Shown here piece by piece: positions 1 through 13,735 of a stretch of DNA of 64,000 nucleotides. The stretch comes from the human T2T-CHM13v2.0 reference genome, Homo sapiens. Location: assembly GCF_009914755.1 (NCBI RefSeq), contig NC_060931.1; one strand, given 5' to 3'. Below the pieces are notes generated by a model. It worked only from the letters and a program-made list of their open reading frames with translations. It did not search any database and had not been told where the DNA came from. Made by a program: the position numbers and the translations under genes. Positions within the stretch are counted from its first letter, which is position 1, and every line of letters starts with the position of its first letter.

Positions 1-2140
1 ATTTTGTAGCATTATCACTCCATCAGGATGTATATACCTTTGTAAATTTCTCATCTGAATGGCATATTACGCAAATAATGTTCATTTTATTGTTTGCTTC
101 ACAATAAGCACCCATAGAAACTAGCTCCATGTTCCATTCCATGTAGGAAAGAAAACATCAATACTGGGCTATAGCCGTATAGCAAGAGATAAGCTCGTAA
201 TTCATATTCTACAGTTTAGACATCTTAAGTAGACAATTCCTAAAACCCGTATTGAGAATCAGATATATCTAGTATTTCATGTCTTAATATTCTGAATAAT
301 AGTTGCAAGATCTCACACAGCCTCCAGGAAAATAAGATCTATAATTTAAATTAAAAAATAATAATTACCTTTGGATATTGCTTTCTGATACATAGCTTAA
401 TTTTTTTGTTTCAAAAATGATTATATTTTGTTCACTGGAGATAAAACTATAATACAGTGTTAACTCTCCAAACTAAATGAAGTACAGAAACCACCCAGGC
501 TCTTTTCCATTTCACGCAAATGGTCCTGTGTGACCAAGAAAAGTAATCAATATAATGCCCTAAGTGTAATATTTAAATAAAACAAGCTAATTTATAATAA
601 AATAATGGCATCTCATTATGTAAACGTTCAAACATAACTACCCTAGCAGACATAATAAAACAGTCTGAATCTTGAGTTTGTGTGCTAAATCATCACAAAT
701 GCAAAAGCTATTGTTACACAGTAGTTTCACTCTTGGAAAATTCAGTATACTTTAAAACCATGCAAAACATACTTTCTGTTTATATATAAAACAACTAAGT
801 TCTCAGCCAGGTAAATAGGTTTTCAGCTCCATGAATCTCTGATGGGACATTCAGAAGTTAGAGGGCACAGGACAATTCTTGGAGATGGGAAACTACCCCC
901 AGGCACTGCTAGCCATGAAGATCCCTCCCCGTGCCACTAAACACCACAGCTTCCCTCAAATTCCTAAAGTGCCTGAAGTGGTGCCGTACTCCTCAAGTGG
1001 GGTACTACTCAAACACTTTCTAAAGTGGTACAGTATTGCCCCACCACTGCGCACCATTGTTTTAGACAGGGCTAAAATATTCACCCTGATAAATGAAAAA
1101 AAGTGGGAAATCTAGCTATTTTATGGTTTGTATGACCACAGATAGATAGTCACAAATAATCTACTAATATTTATATGGATTTTTCAAACAGATAAACATT
1201 TGGATGACACCAAAATATCTTTCCCCAACATGATCTCTGCCTTAAGGTGCCCAAACATGACTAGCTTTCTCTAGCTCCATACTCACCAAAACCACATTTT
1301 GCCCGGTCCACTTATAAAGATCATCTTAATTTTCCTTAGGGTAATCAAAATTACTCTCTGCTAATCATCACATTGTCTATTTTTTTTTCTCTCCTGATGT
1401 CCTAGAGGGATGAGGGCTCCATTATTAATTCAATAGAAATGGAAAAGGTGGGTACAAATTGCAACCTAAACACTCCAGGTCTCTGTGAGATATCACAAGA
1501 ATGTACAGATGCCAGAAACAGATTAAAACTCATCTACCCCCAAACTGTACAAATGTTTTCATTATTTAGCATTCACATTTTCAGATTACCGTCTTTAAGA
1601 GAACAATTTCCCAAACATCGATTTATTTCAAGCTGACACATTTCCCATCAAAATTATCTACACAGGATAGCGCTTGACCATTTAAAACTATGTTTTATAT
1701 ATGACAATATCAGAATGAATACTGAACAAACAGTTCAATAAGGCCATATCATGTTTATAATGAAGGAAAAAGAAAAAGGATTTAAAGCTACTCATCCTGA
1801 ATTAACTTATAATAATTCACAGAGATTCCTTTTTGAAATTAAGGAAGTGAGGGTATAATAAGAAATAATTTCTCTATAAACAGCAAAAATAAGTTAGCTT
1901 TCACTAAAGCATATAATATTAAACTATCTAGAATAAATGGTAAGAAAGCAACAAGGATGAGTAAAATCTAAACATATATGATACTTTTAAAAAAATGCAT
2001 CTATAATTCTTTTCAAGTCCTTTCAGCAATTGGATCCAGTCTTTTTTTTTTTTTTTTTTTTTTTCAATGTTCAGTTTCCTTTAATGACCCCCATCTCCCT
2101 GAAGGGCAGGTGCAGGCAGCTAGGTGATGGCAAGAGATGT

Positions 2141-3454
2141 TCACTTGAAGATCTTGCCGTGATTGAAGGCTTTGCCCACATGCTGGAAGGCCCCCTCCCA
2201 GGAAAAGTACTCTCGAACCAGCGTCTGGGTCTCCTCTCTGCCAGGATCCAGTTTCCGCCATGTGTATGACTCGTAGTCCACCTGCCAATCTGGACTCAGC
2301 GGAAAGGCAAGCTCCTGGCCTCGGAAGACCCAGACTCCAGAAATGGAGCTGCTATTGTTGGTTCCAAAAAGGATGACACTGGCGAAGGCATTCTTCCTCA
2401 GCTTGTCCAGTCGCTGGAACATTCCAGTGATGAGATTGCAGCTCATGAAGGTCTGAGTGAGTTCTTCAGGGAAGCGATACTCTGAGTACCACAGGGACCA
2501 GCCGTCCTTATCAAAGTGCTCCCAGAAATATGGCAGTGCCACAGAGAGTGTGTCCTCATTGGAGTACTTGCGCTTAAATTCATCCAACACAAAGGTACTC
2601 TTGGGCAGGTGAGCGAAGGGGTCCTTGGCCTTGGGCTCAGCAGCCAGCGCCTGCTCACATTCATCCATCTCCTCCTCAGGAGCAGGGGCAGCCGCCTTTT
2701 TCTCCTCCTTCCGCTCAGCCTGGGGCTTCTGCTTCTCTTCCCGTGAACCCTTCTCTTTCCGTGGTGTGTCCTTTTTAGGCTGGGTCTCTGCAAACTTTTT
2801 AGCATCAAACTGGGCCATCTTCTCACACAGTTTCAGTTCCCCCAAGACAGCCCGGAACTGGGGCTGGTTAATGCAGGTGAGGAACCAGCGGTTGGTATTG
2901 CGAAAGGCCCGGCGGAAAGAAGGCTCTAGAACCTGCTTATAGAGCCACAACAGGGTGCAGACAACTGTGATGTCAGCCAATGTCACTCGTTCGCCCACCA
3001 GAAAAGTCCTCGTCTTCAAGTAAGCATCCAGCAGCCCCAGAATTCGCCTCACTTCCTCCTTTGCATTCTCAGTGGCCTGTTTGTTGTGGTGCATGATGCC
3101 CAAGGTGGGGAACACCCAGGTACTGGCTGGGGGCACTATATCGGAATCAGCAAAGCTCACCCACTGCACCACCTGGGCTGCTGCCTCTGGAGTACTTCCC
3201 CGCAGCTCCTCATTGCTCACATAGTAGGCAATGGCGTTGCTCTCAAACACACAGAATCCATCATCACCCTCAAATGCTGGGACCTTGCCGGCAGGAAATT
3301 TGCGAAGAAATTCAGAGGTGCGGTTGGTTTGGCCAAAATGGAAGTGGGGTGGTGCGGAGAGCACGCGGATCTGAGCCCCGCTGTACTGAGCAGCGATGAG
3401 AGCCTTGAAGGCCCTCCAGTTTTCAGGATACGTGTACAGGGTCCCAGCCGCCAT
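2141..3454 (-). pseudogene. EEF1GP1: EEF1G processed retrocopy (translation elongation factor 1-gamma), intact 437-aa ORF
   Basis: Intronless [29 protein letters not shown]...GKIFK, near-identical to eEF1-gamma (GST-like N-terminus, EF1G C-terminal domain). Poly(A) at 2042-2064, ATTAAA at 2080-2085 (minus), TSD TGGATCCAGTCTT at 2031-2043 and 3476-3488. The symbol is recalled from its location in CHCHD3. Confidence 0.93.
2394..2449 (-). ncRNA. MIR3654: Annotated microRNA hairpin mir-3654 (questionable; part of the EEF1G CDS)
   Basis: Minus strand reads TTCATGAGCTGCAATCTCATCACTGGAATGTTCCAGCGACTGGACAAGCTGAGGAA, matching my recollection of the hsa-mir-3654 precursor (mature GACUGGACAAGCUGAGGAA). 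Confidence 0.7.
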
Positions 3455-5045
3455 GGTGATTCCGCAAAGAAAGGCTGGATCCAGTCTTAAAAGTGTTATC
3501 AGGTAGGGGTCCTTAGGGGAACTGTTTTAATGAAACTAGTAATTAGAATACCAACTTATTCTCCATAAATAGTAACATCCAACACACATGATGATTTCAT
3601 AAAATAATTCGCTAGGCAATTGAGATTTCCTTTAGGGGAATTTTCTTACCAAACCCTCCCCAACTCTCACCCCATGACCCCTTTCCCATCCTGTTAGTGT
3701 AAGTAAACATAATTCTTCTCTAATTTTCTGACAAATTGTAAATTAAATGAATCCAAATGAGTAAGATTTTACTGCATGTTTTAACACTTTTAAATGATTG
3801 TAACATTTTTATCTCAAGTTACACAGTTCATAGGGAATTTAACAGGAAGAAATTAATCTAATAAAGCATTATACATATATAATATTTAAAATCTTTAAAA
3901 GAATAGTATAAAATGTTCACATTTAAATTTATATGCATTTCAAACAAGGCAGTGAAATAAGAATGTTACGACATGTTACACATGCAAAACTTTCATTTTA
4001 CAGTTATAACCACTGTGTGGGTGTTGGGGGTATATACCATAGGATTGTGAAATAAAATACAGAAATATGTCATATCTGGTTCATCTTAAATAGGTAGAAA
4101 AACAGCTCAATGAAAAGTATTCATGGCAAAGTATGTTTAATAAAAGAGTCAGGTTTACAGAGACCTGTGTTCTCCTGACTACCCTCTGTGACTTTATTTC
4201 TAATCTACAAATTACTAATAAGGTTTCTCTTGAAGATGAAATGCCGTAGAATGAGGAGGTATTTTCAGGTCAAACATGAACATCATTACATAAACAGAAT
4301 GAAACTCTTCAATTGGAGAACCAACAGCATTTTATTAAAAATCCTGACTGATGCTGTATAACATTTCATTGAGCCAGTACTATAGTTTGCAAGAGACTGT
4401 TTAAAGCCATATATTCTTCAGAATGTCAACATGCTAGGATTTGTTGGTTTTTTTAACCTACAGAAAAGATTATGTAACAAGAAGAATTTGTGGTGCATTT
4501 TCATAAAGATTTAGGATCTGGCTTGATGTCCAGGTTCAATAAGTATTTTAGCTTCTGATCATCAAGATTCACATATTTATTGTAAATGAATTTGATCTGA
4601 GAGTAACAAGAATTTATCTGAATCTCTTTCATTATCTTTGAATGCTGCTAAAGTAATAGAATATGATGAATGATGACGAGACCAAAGGTTAAAGTAAAAT
4701 TGATGTTGATCAAGCATTTTCTAAAAATTCATCTTCATGACAAGCTTAAAAGACTATTAAATCTTCCTCCTAAGAAACATGAAGTGTAGTGTGGCAAAGA
4801 GAAAGATTTAGACAATGAGGGAGAACAATATACATTTTATATATAAAACAATGAAAAACTAGAAGCAAATTAAATGTCCAAAAACAGTGAAATGGTCAAA
4901 TAATACAATGCTAACATTAAAAAACATGCTTTAAACCCCACGAAAAATTTCTCACAAGTGAAAAGATACCAGGCTGAACACACTATTTGGTCTTCATTTT
5001 GTTTTCTATATGTACAGTACTGAAAAAAGCCTAAGGACACCATCA

Positions 5046-5399
<354 letters not shown>

Positions 5400-7211
5400 T
5401 TACCTTTATATTTGGGAGAAATGGATCATTTTCCTTTCTCTCTTTATACTTCGTTGCAGTGTTTACCAAGAACACATTTTTACTTTCATAATCATTTAAA
5501 AGTTATTTTTAAACAATGCATAATGAGGCATAATTTCAGTTTTTAAAAAACACCTTTATCAATTCAATCATGAACATTACATAGTATATCAGTTTAGCTA
5601 ACAGAAGTTCAAACCATTCTTATACCAAAGAGAGTTGGCTGGGATTAAAGTATCTAAAAGTAGGTAGCACAGGCTCTAAGAAAACAAAATTGGTTCATGT
5701 TCTTTTCCTTTGACCCCACAGGTATCCTGCCCATATACCATTATAAGACTATGTGTTCTTAAAAGGTAAATTACAATCAAACATCTGTATTATATTATAT
5801 GATATATTATATTATAGAAAAATGCAATCATATACCTTTATAACATTTGGGAAAGCAGAATTTACAGCACACAGTTTCTTATGTACACTATCTAGAAGCA
5901 CACCATACAAGGGTTATTTGCTGAAGAGTTCCTCTGTAATTGAACACAATGAGATTCAAAGTGTCTCCAAAAGGATATTCATGGCCATATTGAATACAGG
6001 TAGAAAAGAGAGGAAATGTTAGAGAGCCAAGACATTCTCTTTTCACTCTAGCTTCTCAAGTAGCATTTAATTTTGTCTTCCATTTAGATTTTTCAATTGA
6101 TAACACCAATCATCCTAGTATGATGAATGATATATGTTACCAAGGACAGCTGATGAAAAATTCTTGGCCACTGACTTAAGCCATCAGCTGAGGTTAAGCT
6201 AAGTCAGATATAAGGAATGAAAGGTAACCCGGATAGCATTTTCTACATCATGCAACAAATACCCCGCAACATTAATAGCAAAGTTCTATAGAGATCCACT
6301 TCCTACATGTGGCATCACTGCCACAAAATGTCACTACATATTGGGGTGTTCTAGAAAATCACTCTATAAATTGTCCACTTTGGCTATGAAATAGAGACCT
6401 ATTCATTTTATTCCATACAATTGAAAATATAACTTCAACTGTAAATGTAAACTATATTATATCCAACATTACATTCTTTGCTGCCACTAGCAAAATAAAA
6501 CATTTAATAGTCCTTGCTTGCTGTTTGGATTTACACATGGTGGGAAACGCATATAAAGTTTAGCTTTGCCTCCTTAAAATGGAATCTGACAACTGCTCAC
6601 TGAGGTTTTGTGGACTTTAGTGTCTCTAGTGAAAGCTGTTATTCAACAAACCAATTTCTTTTTTTTTAAGTTGCTTAGTCCATGCACACGCCACAATCAA
6701 CTGGCTAAGACAAAAATATTTTAAATACCTATTTGTGGGTATTCTATCTCAATAACAAATATCAAAACCATTATTTTTCCACAAAGCTTTCAAGACATGG
6801 TAGCAATGACAAATGACAGGACACGATAAGAGATATTACAGCTTTATCTTGAGTTTAATCATCTTATTTATTTGGATTTAAAGAAAAATCAAACTAAATT
6901 ACTCATTCCTTATAGTAGCAAGAGGAATCCTCAGATGCTGTCTCTGCCATTTCAGATATAATTTTAAAATACCAAGTCTTTTCAATTTTTAATCCATGCT
7001 GATAAATCAAGAGTAACTAAAATCCAAACAGGAATTCAGACAGGTGAGAAAATGAAGTCTTTGTAACCAAAATACTCCAGCATAACTCAGCTCTATATGG
7101 AAAAGAACTTGCATGTCAGAGTTGCCAACATTTTCCGCACTTGAAGTCTTGACTATGCCTTTTTCCACTGTCATCTGGGAAGCCAAGGAAAATTATAAAT
7201 CTCAAATAACA

Positions 7212-7600
7212 CAGCAGAGGCTGCCCCGAGCAGCAGCCTACAAAGCAGCCCCATATCTATTCTTTCTGCCCTCCAATAACTGAAACTCAATTTGTGGTTG
7301 AGCACATGGCTGGTCAGAAGGAAGACTACATCTTCCAGCTTCTCTTGCAGTTAGGAATAGCCTAGTGACTAAGTTCAGGCCAAGAAAATGTGAATGAACA
7401 GGGTGCACGCAGCTTCAGAGTCATCCCCCATGACACAGGCTCAAGGATAGTTGTGAGCCTAAGACAGAAAAGACTGGGTCCCAACATTAGGGAATCATCA
7501 AATTATCCAAAATGTTACATGAGAGAAAAATAAAATTTTAACTTTTTGAGCCATGTAACTTAGGGTCTCCATTAGAACAGTGGAACCTATATTCGACCCC
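7212..7600. mobile_element. Degraded MLT1-type (ERVL-MaLR) LTR fragment
   Basis: Motifs gactacatcttccagcttctcttgcagttagg...gtgactaagttc and ttacatgagagaaaaataaa resemble MLT1 consensus (from memory). Confidence 0.5.
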
Positions 7601-7798
7601 ACATATCTTACTAAAACGTATGTCCAACTCTACCCTTTGTCAGACCTAGAAGAATCAAAGGATAGCCTCAAAAACATGCAGACTTAGAAAGAAAAGCTAA
7701 AAATCAGCTATGTTGGGTATACTTGCAAGAGCTGGAAGAGACCTCAGAGCAGAAGCCTATAGCTGCCCCAGGAAAGTCTCTTTTTTCATTATCCCTAC

Positions 7799-8371
7799 TG
7801 AAGGAGTGAAGGACATGCCATCCCAAAATATGCTGGAATGGCCTATTGACTATTTCAAGTTGAAAACACTGGAGGAATTGTAGTTTCAGAAGGGGCTAGC
7901 TGACCTTTCTCTTCCCGCATGCAGTAAGCCATCAAGATTCCTCTGGGAGGGGTACCCTTCCAGTACTGGGGTGAGAAAACAGCCCTTACCACCAGACATT
8001 GAGAACTGGGGCTGCAACAGACCTGAATAAATATACTTAATGAAGTAACCCTTATCTTCCACTAGTTTTATACACCCCTCTATATATCTCAGTAACTCCC
8101 CTAGAAAATTTATTGCCCCTCACCAAAGTTTACTTGTCCTGTCATTTCTTCTCAAATTCATTGTTCTTTGTCAAAAAAGTATACAAGCATCTTGCTGTGG
8201 TTACTTCCTCGGATTCACTCTCTTATGAAGATCCCCATGAACACGTCGATGATGTATATGCTTTTCACTTGTTAATATGCCTGGTGTCAATTTAGTTTGC
8301 AGATCCAGCCAAAGAGCCCATTTACACAAGAGCAAAAAGGGGAGTCAGAGATGATCTCTCACTCCCCTATA
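7799..8371 (+). mobile_element. ERV1 solo LTR (MER34/MER39-like)
   Basis: Starts TGAAGGAG...atgccatcccaaaatatgc and ends ctcccctata; 4-bp TSD CTAC at 7795-7798 and 8372-8375. Confidence 0.8.
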
Positions 8372-10411
8372 CTACCCAGCTATCCATAATAAGAGGAAAT
8401 TAAAGAGTCATTAAAATGCTTTTTCCATCCCAGGGTAAGTAAGCCATAAAACAAGCCATTCAGTCGCAGTCGAAGAGCCCTTTTATTATTTCTAAAATGA
8501 GGGCCATGAATTAGATCACCTCGAGTGTCCCTGCTGGTAAATGTATTTCTGAAACTGTGGTTCTCTGCCCATGGCATCACAGCAGAGCAGCTAAGAAGGT
8601 CGCCTGTAGAATCAGAATGCCTCGATCTAAAACCCTGCCATGCCATGTGTTTATGTATATTGTTGGCCAAGTTTATTAGCTTCCCCGTAACTCAGTTTCC
8701 TTGCTTGTATAGTGGGAATTATACAAGTATCCAGGTAATAAGATTGTTGTGAGAATTATATCACCTTCTGATAAATACCATTACCTCATTAGATTACATT
8801 TTAGTTCCCATAAACCTACTTTACCCAAATCCCTATATAAATAACACTCAAATTTCAAATAACAAGGAATTTATAGATTGCACATCAATGACTAAATTAC
8901 CTTTCCTACTCTAGTAATTCTTCAAGGCTCCATCCAGTCATCTACTTCCTGTTTAATGATAATCTAACAATCATAGTACCTACATACTAATAATTCACTC
9001 ACTCTCAACCACCTTTCTGGCAAGCTAACCTTTAATGAAAAAATGTCTCAGCTATCCCAATGTTTGCTGAAAACCTAAGTGAAGCGATGCTCTTGATTTA
9101 TTTTTCCATCCTTTCTTCCCATGTACCATTCTGCATAATAGCAGCAAGGGTCCAGTACAAATCTTCCTAAATCTTCCTTTTTCACAGGTTTTCTTTTATT
9201 CAAAATTCACTAAGCAGAATGAAATGAAAGGACTGATTGAGTCATAACTTCATTATTCCCCCATCTCCATCTACTCCAGTCATATACGCAAAACTTGAAT
9301 GTGATTTAGAACACCCTGTCCTGGCTGTCCCCATCTAAGAACCCACTTTCACTATTCTATGTTCTGCTGCTAAACTCTGGGAATTTCTAAGACCCAAAGC
9401 AAACAACTGCTCTAATTCAATACTGCCTTTGATACGCTAATAGTCCTATGAGGACTTCGACTATCAGCTAAAAAATAAACATAGTTCAGGTCTAAAGCAG
9501 TCTGCCTGGGCATAAGTTAGGTAAAATACGAATACATAAGAGGTGCTGGCAATGTTTTTGGCATTAGTGTAAAGTTCTGTAAGAAAATAATTATTTTTAA
9601 GCATGCAATGACAGAACTGCCACATTCCTAGGAAATGTAAATTATATCCAAGGGCCCTTTTTTTCCAGCATAGCATGTCCAATTTTATAAAAGATGTAAA
9701 TGGAGAACTATAATCCACTTATACATATTCACTTAAAAGCAAGCTTGGTTGAAACACATCTATTTTTTTATGAGCAATATTTATACTTTTACAATCTTAA
9801 AAAGGCTTCTCTTCATCACACTGCGGTAGTATTTCTGCATGTCCCTAAGATTCTCTCCAACTATCTTACGTTTCCCTTTGAATACTCACAAAGACACACC
9901 TCCAAGGCTTAACACCAAGAGAACACATTCTGAGACAGTCTTTTATTGCTTGCTGCCTCCAGACAACCATGGCAACCTTTTACTCAAACCATCCTTATCC
10001 CAGAAAGATGTAGGGAGCTTGGCATCCCTGCTAGGTTACACTCATCATTATAATCAACTCTGCGATGACACAGGGGACCAGGCAAGGCCAATATACTGCA
10101 GAAATCATTCAAAACTGGCTCTAGTCTGTGCCAATGTGTACACATTTTCATACAATCACTCTCTGATGCAGAAACCGGGAAGATGTTCCATGTCCCTACC
10201 CCAAGGCTCTTCTCTCTGCTACACATTCCAACAGACAACTGCATTTCTCATAATAACACAATCTTAAGAAACCTTTGGTAATATTTTTAAACATCTGTAA
10301 CTTGTATGTTACATAAGTGATTTTACTTAAAACATTTTATTTTAAATAATGAATATTATTAATAAAGATCATGACAAAGTTTTTTTTTGTTTGTTTGCTT
10401 CGGGTATTCAA

Positions 10412-10759
<348 letters not shown>

Positions 10760-10893
10760 TAACTTGTTGCAGCCTTTAATTATGAAAAAAATTTAAATAT
10801 GACACTATATTGTATTTCATTTGTGGACCAACTATATTTTTTAATGTGGACAAAACTGACTTAACTGTTACAGTTTCAAAAATAGACAAAATC

Positions 10894-11218
<325 letters not shown>

Positions 11219-13209
11219 CTACTGTTCAGAATTCTCACATTTTGCACTTAGGGAAGTTAACTTATTTGATTTTAGAACTTTTGTGTTTTATTTATGACAG
11301 GATAAAAGATTTCAGGGTACTATTTGCAAATGCAAATAAAATTGGGGGAGGATAGTTTTTATTCCTAATAAATGAAGAGCAACCTTTCTAAGATTAAGTA
11401 GCAAAATATGAGACACACCCCAATGTGCTATATGAGCATTTTAGCAAATGAATACATTTTAGTAGTCTAGTGAAAAGCATCCTGACGCTAATTTTCAGAG
11501 GCATCATCACATTTATGATGCTCATTAACCTGCTTTTCAGCATCAGTGTCCCGTATGTTTCCAGATTTCTACCAATAATCTATTATGGGCATAAATTAAA
11601 CACTGCATGACTATGAATAAAAAGTTTAAACTATGTAAATGTCTAATCACCATGGCAGGTAGCAGCATGTGTGATAAACCAACTGTGGATAAAGCAACTG
11701 AAGGGCTGAAACCCCTTTGCCTGATCTCTACTAACAATCACAAAACTCACTAGACATTTAAAGAAAATACTTAAATAATTGTTTTATTGGTTGATTTGTT
11801 AATAGAAATTAAAATGTTCTCCATTAGCGCTTTTAACAGCATGCGCTCTCCAAAACATTGTCATTTAAGTTCCCAGTTGGGAATGGTACAAAATACAAAC
11901 CTAGGCAGACCTGTATTCTTTCAAACATTACCTATAATTGAATAAATGCTTACATTTTTAGGTTTTGTAAGTTTCCTGATAGGATGCAGCAAAATAAAAG
12001 TTAATGGGTGGGGAGAATAATTACCCCAAAATAATAACAATAATAATACAAGAAGTACTAAAGGAAAATAAAATACCATTCAATTTATAAGCCAAATTTA
12101 AAATAATCTGTCCTCAGATAATCAGAAGTTAATAGTATTCTCCAGCCCTATTGTAATCAAAAGACTGTTACAAAAATTCAGGCCAAAAGCTTTTGCAAGC
12201 TATTTTTGTGAAATACAAAAAGACTGTAAAGTGTTGGTAATGATTAGAAAGCCCAAGGCTGGAAAGAGTCAAGGGAGAGAATGTATATGGCAGAAGAGCA
12301 GTCCACTGGATGGGTCTGCAGGGCAGACTTGGGAGAGGGAATCCAGGAAGCTGCATGGAAGCTCACACAAATCTGCAGCTCTCCTCCCCAGGCGGGAGAT
12401 GAGGCTGACAGCAGGGCTGAGGCACTGCCTCCCAAGTCCTGCAGCTCTGATCCAGGATGCTGGCCTGGGGAAAGCAACGCACATACTCACTGCATGATGC
12501 GGGGTTAGGGGAGCATGGCAACCCTGCTGAGCGGTAAATGTGCTCAGTCGTTTTTTTCCCCTCTACCTAAAGCTTTTCCTGTCAACAGCATCCGAGTTAC
12601 TTAGTATCTCTGGAGCAACTCAGACAGAGGGGCTTAACAGTTTAGAAGAAACAGCTTATGATTCCCCACCTAAGAGAGGAAATAAAATGCATTTAAGTGA
12701 ATGCCTCCCATTTAATTAACAAAAGAAAGAGTAGAACTAGATTTTAGGTAAGGATGGAAGCAACTACAATACACTTAAGCTGTCAGGCCTGACAACTGAC
12801 GAAGAGGTTCAGACTCACCCAGTGAAAAGCAATAAAACAAACCTTTTCAGGCTTACACGACGCACAGGAGAGACATGCCATTTCAGTGCACTCTAACATT
12901 CTATTTCAGGTCCTGTCTCTGCTCTACCTACCAGTCATCACTAATGGAGAACTGAACTGAAACTCTCTATGACAGTCACCCTCATTAAAACAAATTGCCC
13001 AGAAGAAGCTGAAATATAGAAGGCAAAGGCTTTTTAATGAAGAAAATAACAAACTTCAATATGATCATTTTATCTTTAGGGGAGAGGTAGGCAGAGAACT
13101 GACTAGAACATTAAGAAACACAAATAATTTAAACTTATAGGTTCTAACCATTTTAAATTAAGTAAATTTTAATTTTTACCCTCCAGGATCTCGCAACATA
13201 TGTATATGC

Positions 13210-13588
13210 TGATATAGTTTGGATCTGTGTCCCCGCCCAAATCTCATGTCAAATTGTAATCGCCAGTGTTGGAGGTGAGGCCTGATGGGAGGTGACTGGA
13301 TCATGGGAGCTGATTTCCCTCTTGGTGCAATTCTTATAGTGAGTTCTCATGAGATCTAGTCGTTTAAAAGTGTGTGGCACCTCTCGCTGCCCCTCCTCCT
13401 CCTCCAGCCATGTGATGTACCCCCTTCCCTTTCATCTCCTGCCATGATTGTAAGTTTCCCAAAGCCTCCCCAGAAGCCAGCAGATACTGCCATGCAGAGT
13501 CATGAGCCTACAGACTGCAGACTCATGAGCCAATTAAACCTCTTTATCAGTCTCAGGTATTTCTTTATAGCAGTGCAAGAACTAATAC
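13210..13588 (+). mobile_element. MST-type (ERVL-MaLR) solo LTR
   Basis: TGATATAGTTTGGATCTGTGTCCCC...ccaattaaacctct...ttctttatagcagtgcaagaactaatac, typical MSTA/B termini. Confidence 0.85.
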
Positions 13589-13735
13589 TTAAGCCTGAAT
13601 CTTACTTTTTTTAGTGAGGTCTTACATTGTTTGCATATATTTTTGCTTTTGTAATTGTTTATTCTGTTTTTTAAGAGCAGATCCAGCAGGTGGCATAAAT
13701 GTTTATAAACATGAGAGACCGGTATAATCTGATGA

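Larger units (their letters stand above)
2031..3488 (-). mobile_element. Whole L1-mediated retroposed insertion (5'TOP leader + CDS + 3'UTR + A23 tail) with 13-bp TSD
   Basis: Direct repeat TGGATCCAGTCTT on both sides. The minus-strand target reads TTTT|AAGA, which resembles the L1 endonuclease TT|AAAA site. The leader is CCTTTCTTTGCGGAATCACC-ATG. Confidence 0.95.

Noticed and set aside
3485-3488. Upstream AAG as the acceptor for CHCHD3 exon 1 or exon 2
   Set aside because: 31 nt to the ATG is out of frame with both donors; noted only as a competitor to the CAG.
2030-3490. Overlapping and antisense ORFs of 74-134 aa within the retrocopy
   Set aside because: Shadow frames of GC-rich EEF1G coding sequence; no independent support.
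6114-6193. Box C (ATGATGA) ... box D (CTGA) spacing resembling a C/D snoRNA
   Set aside because: Antisense to the host gene, no convincing terminal stem and no recognisable guide; expected by chance.
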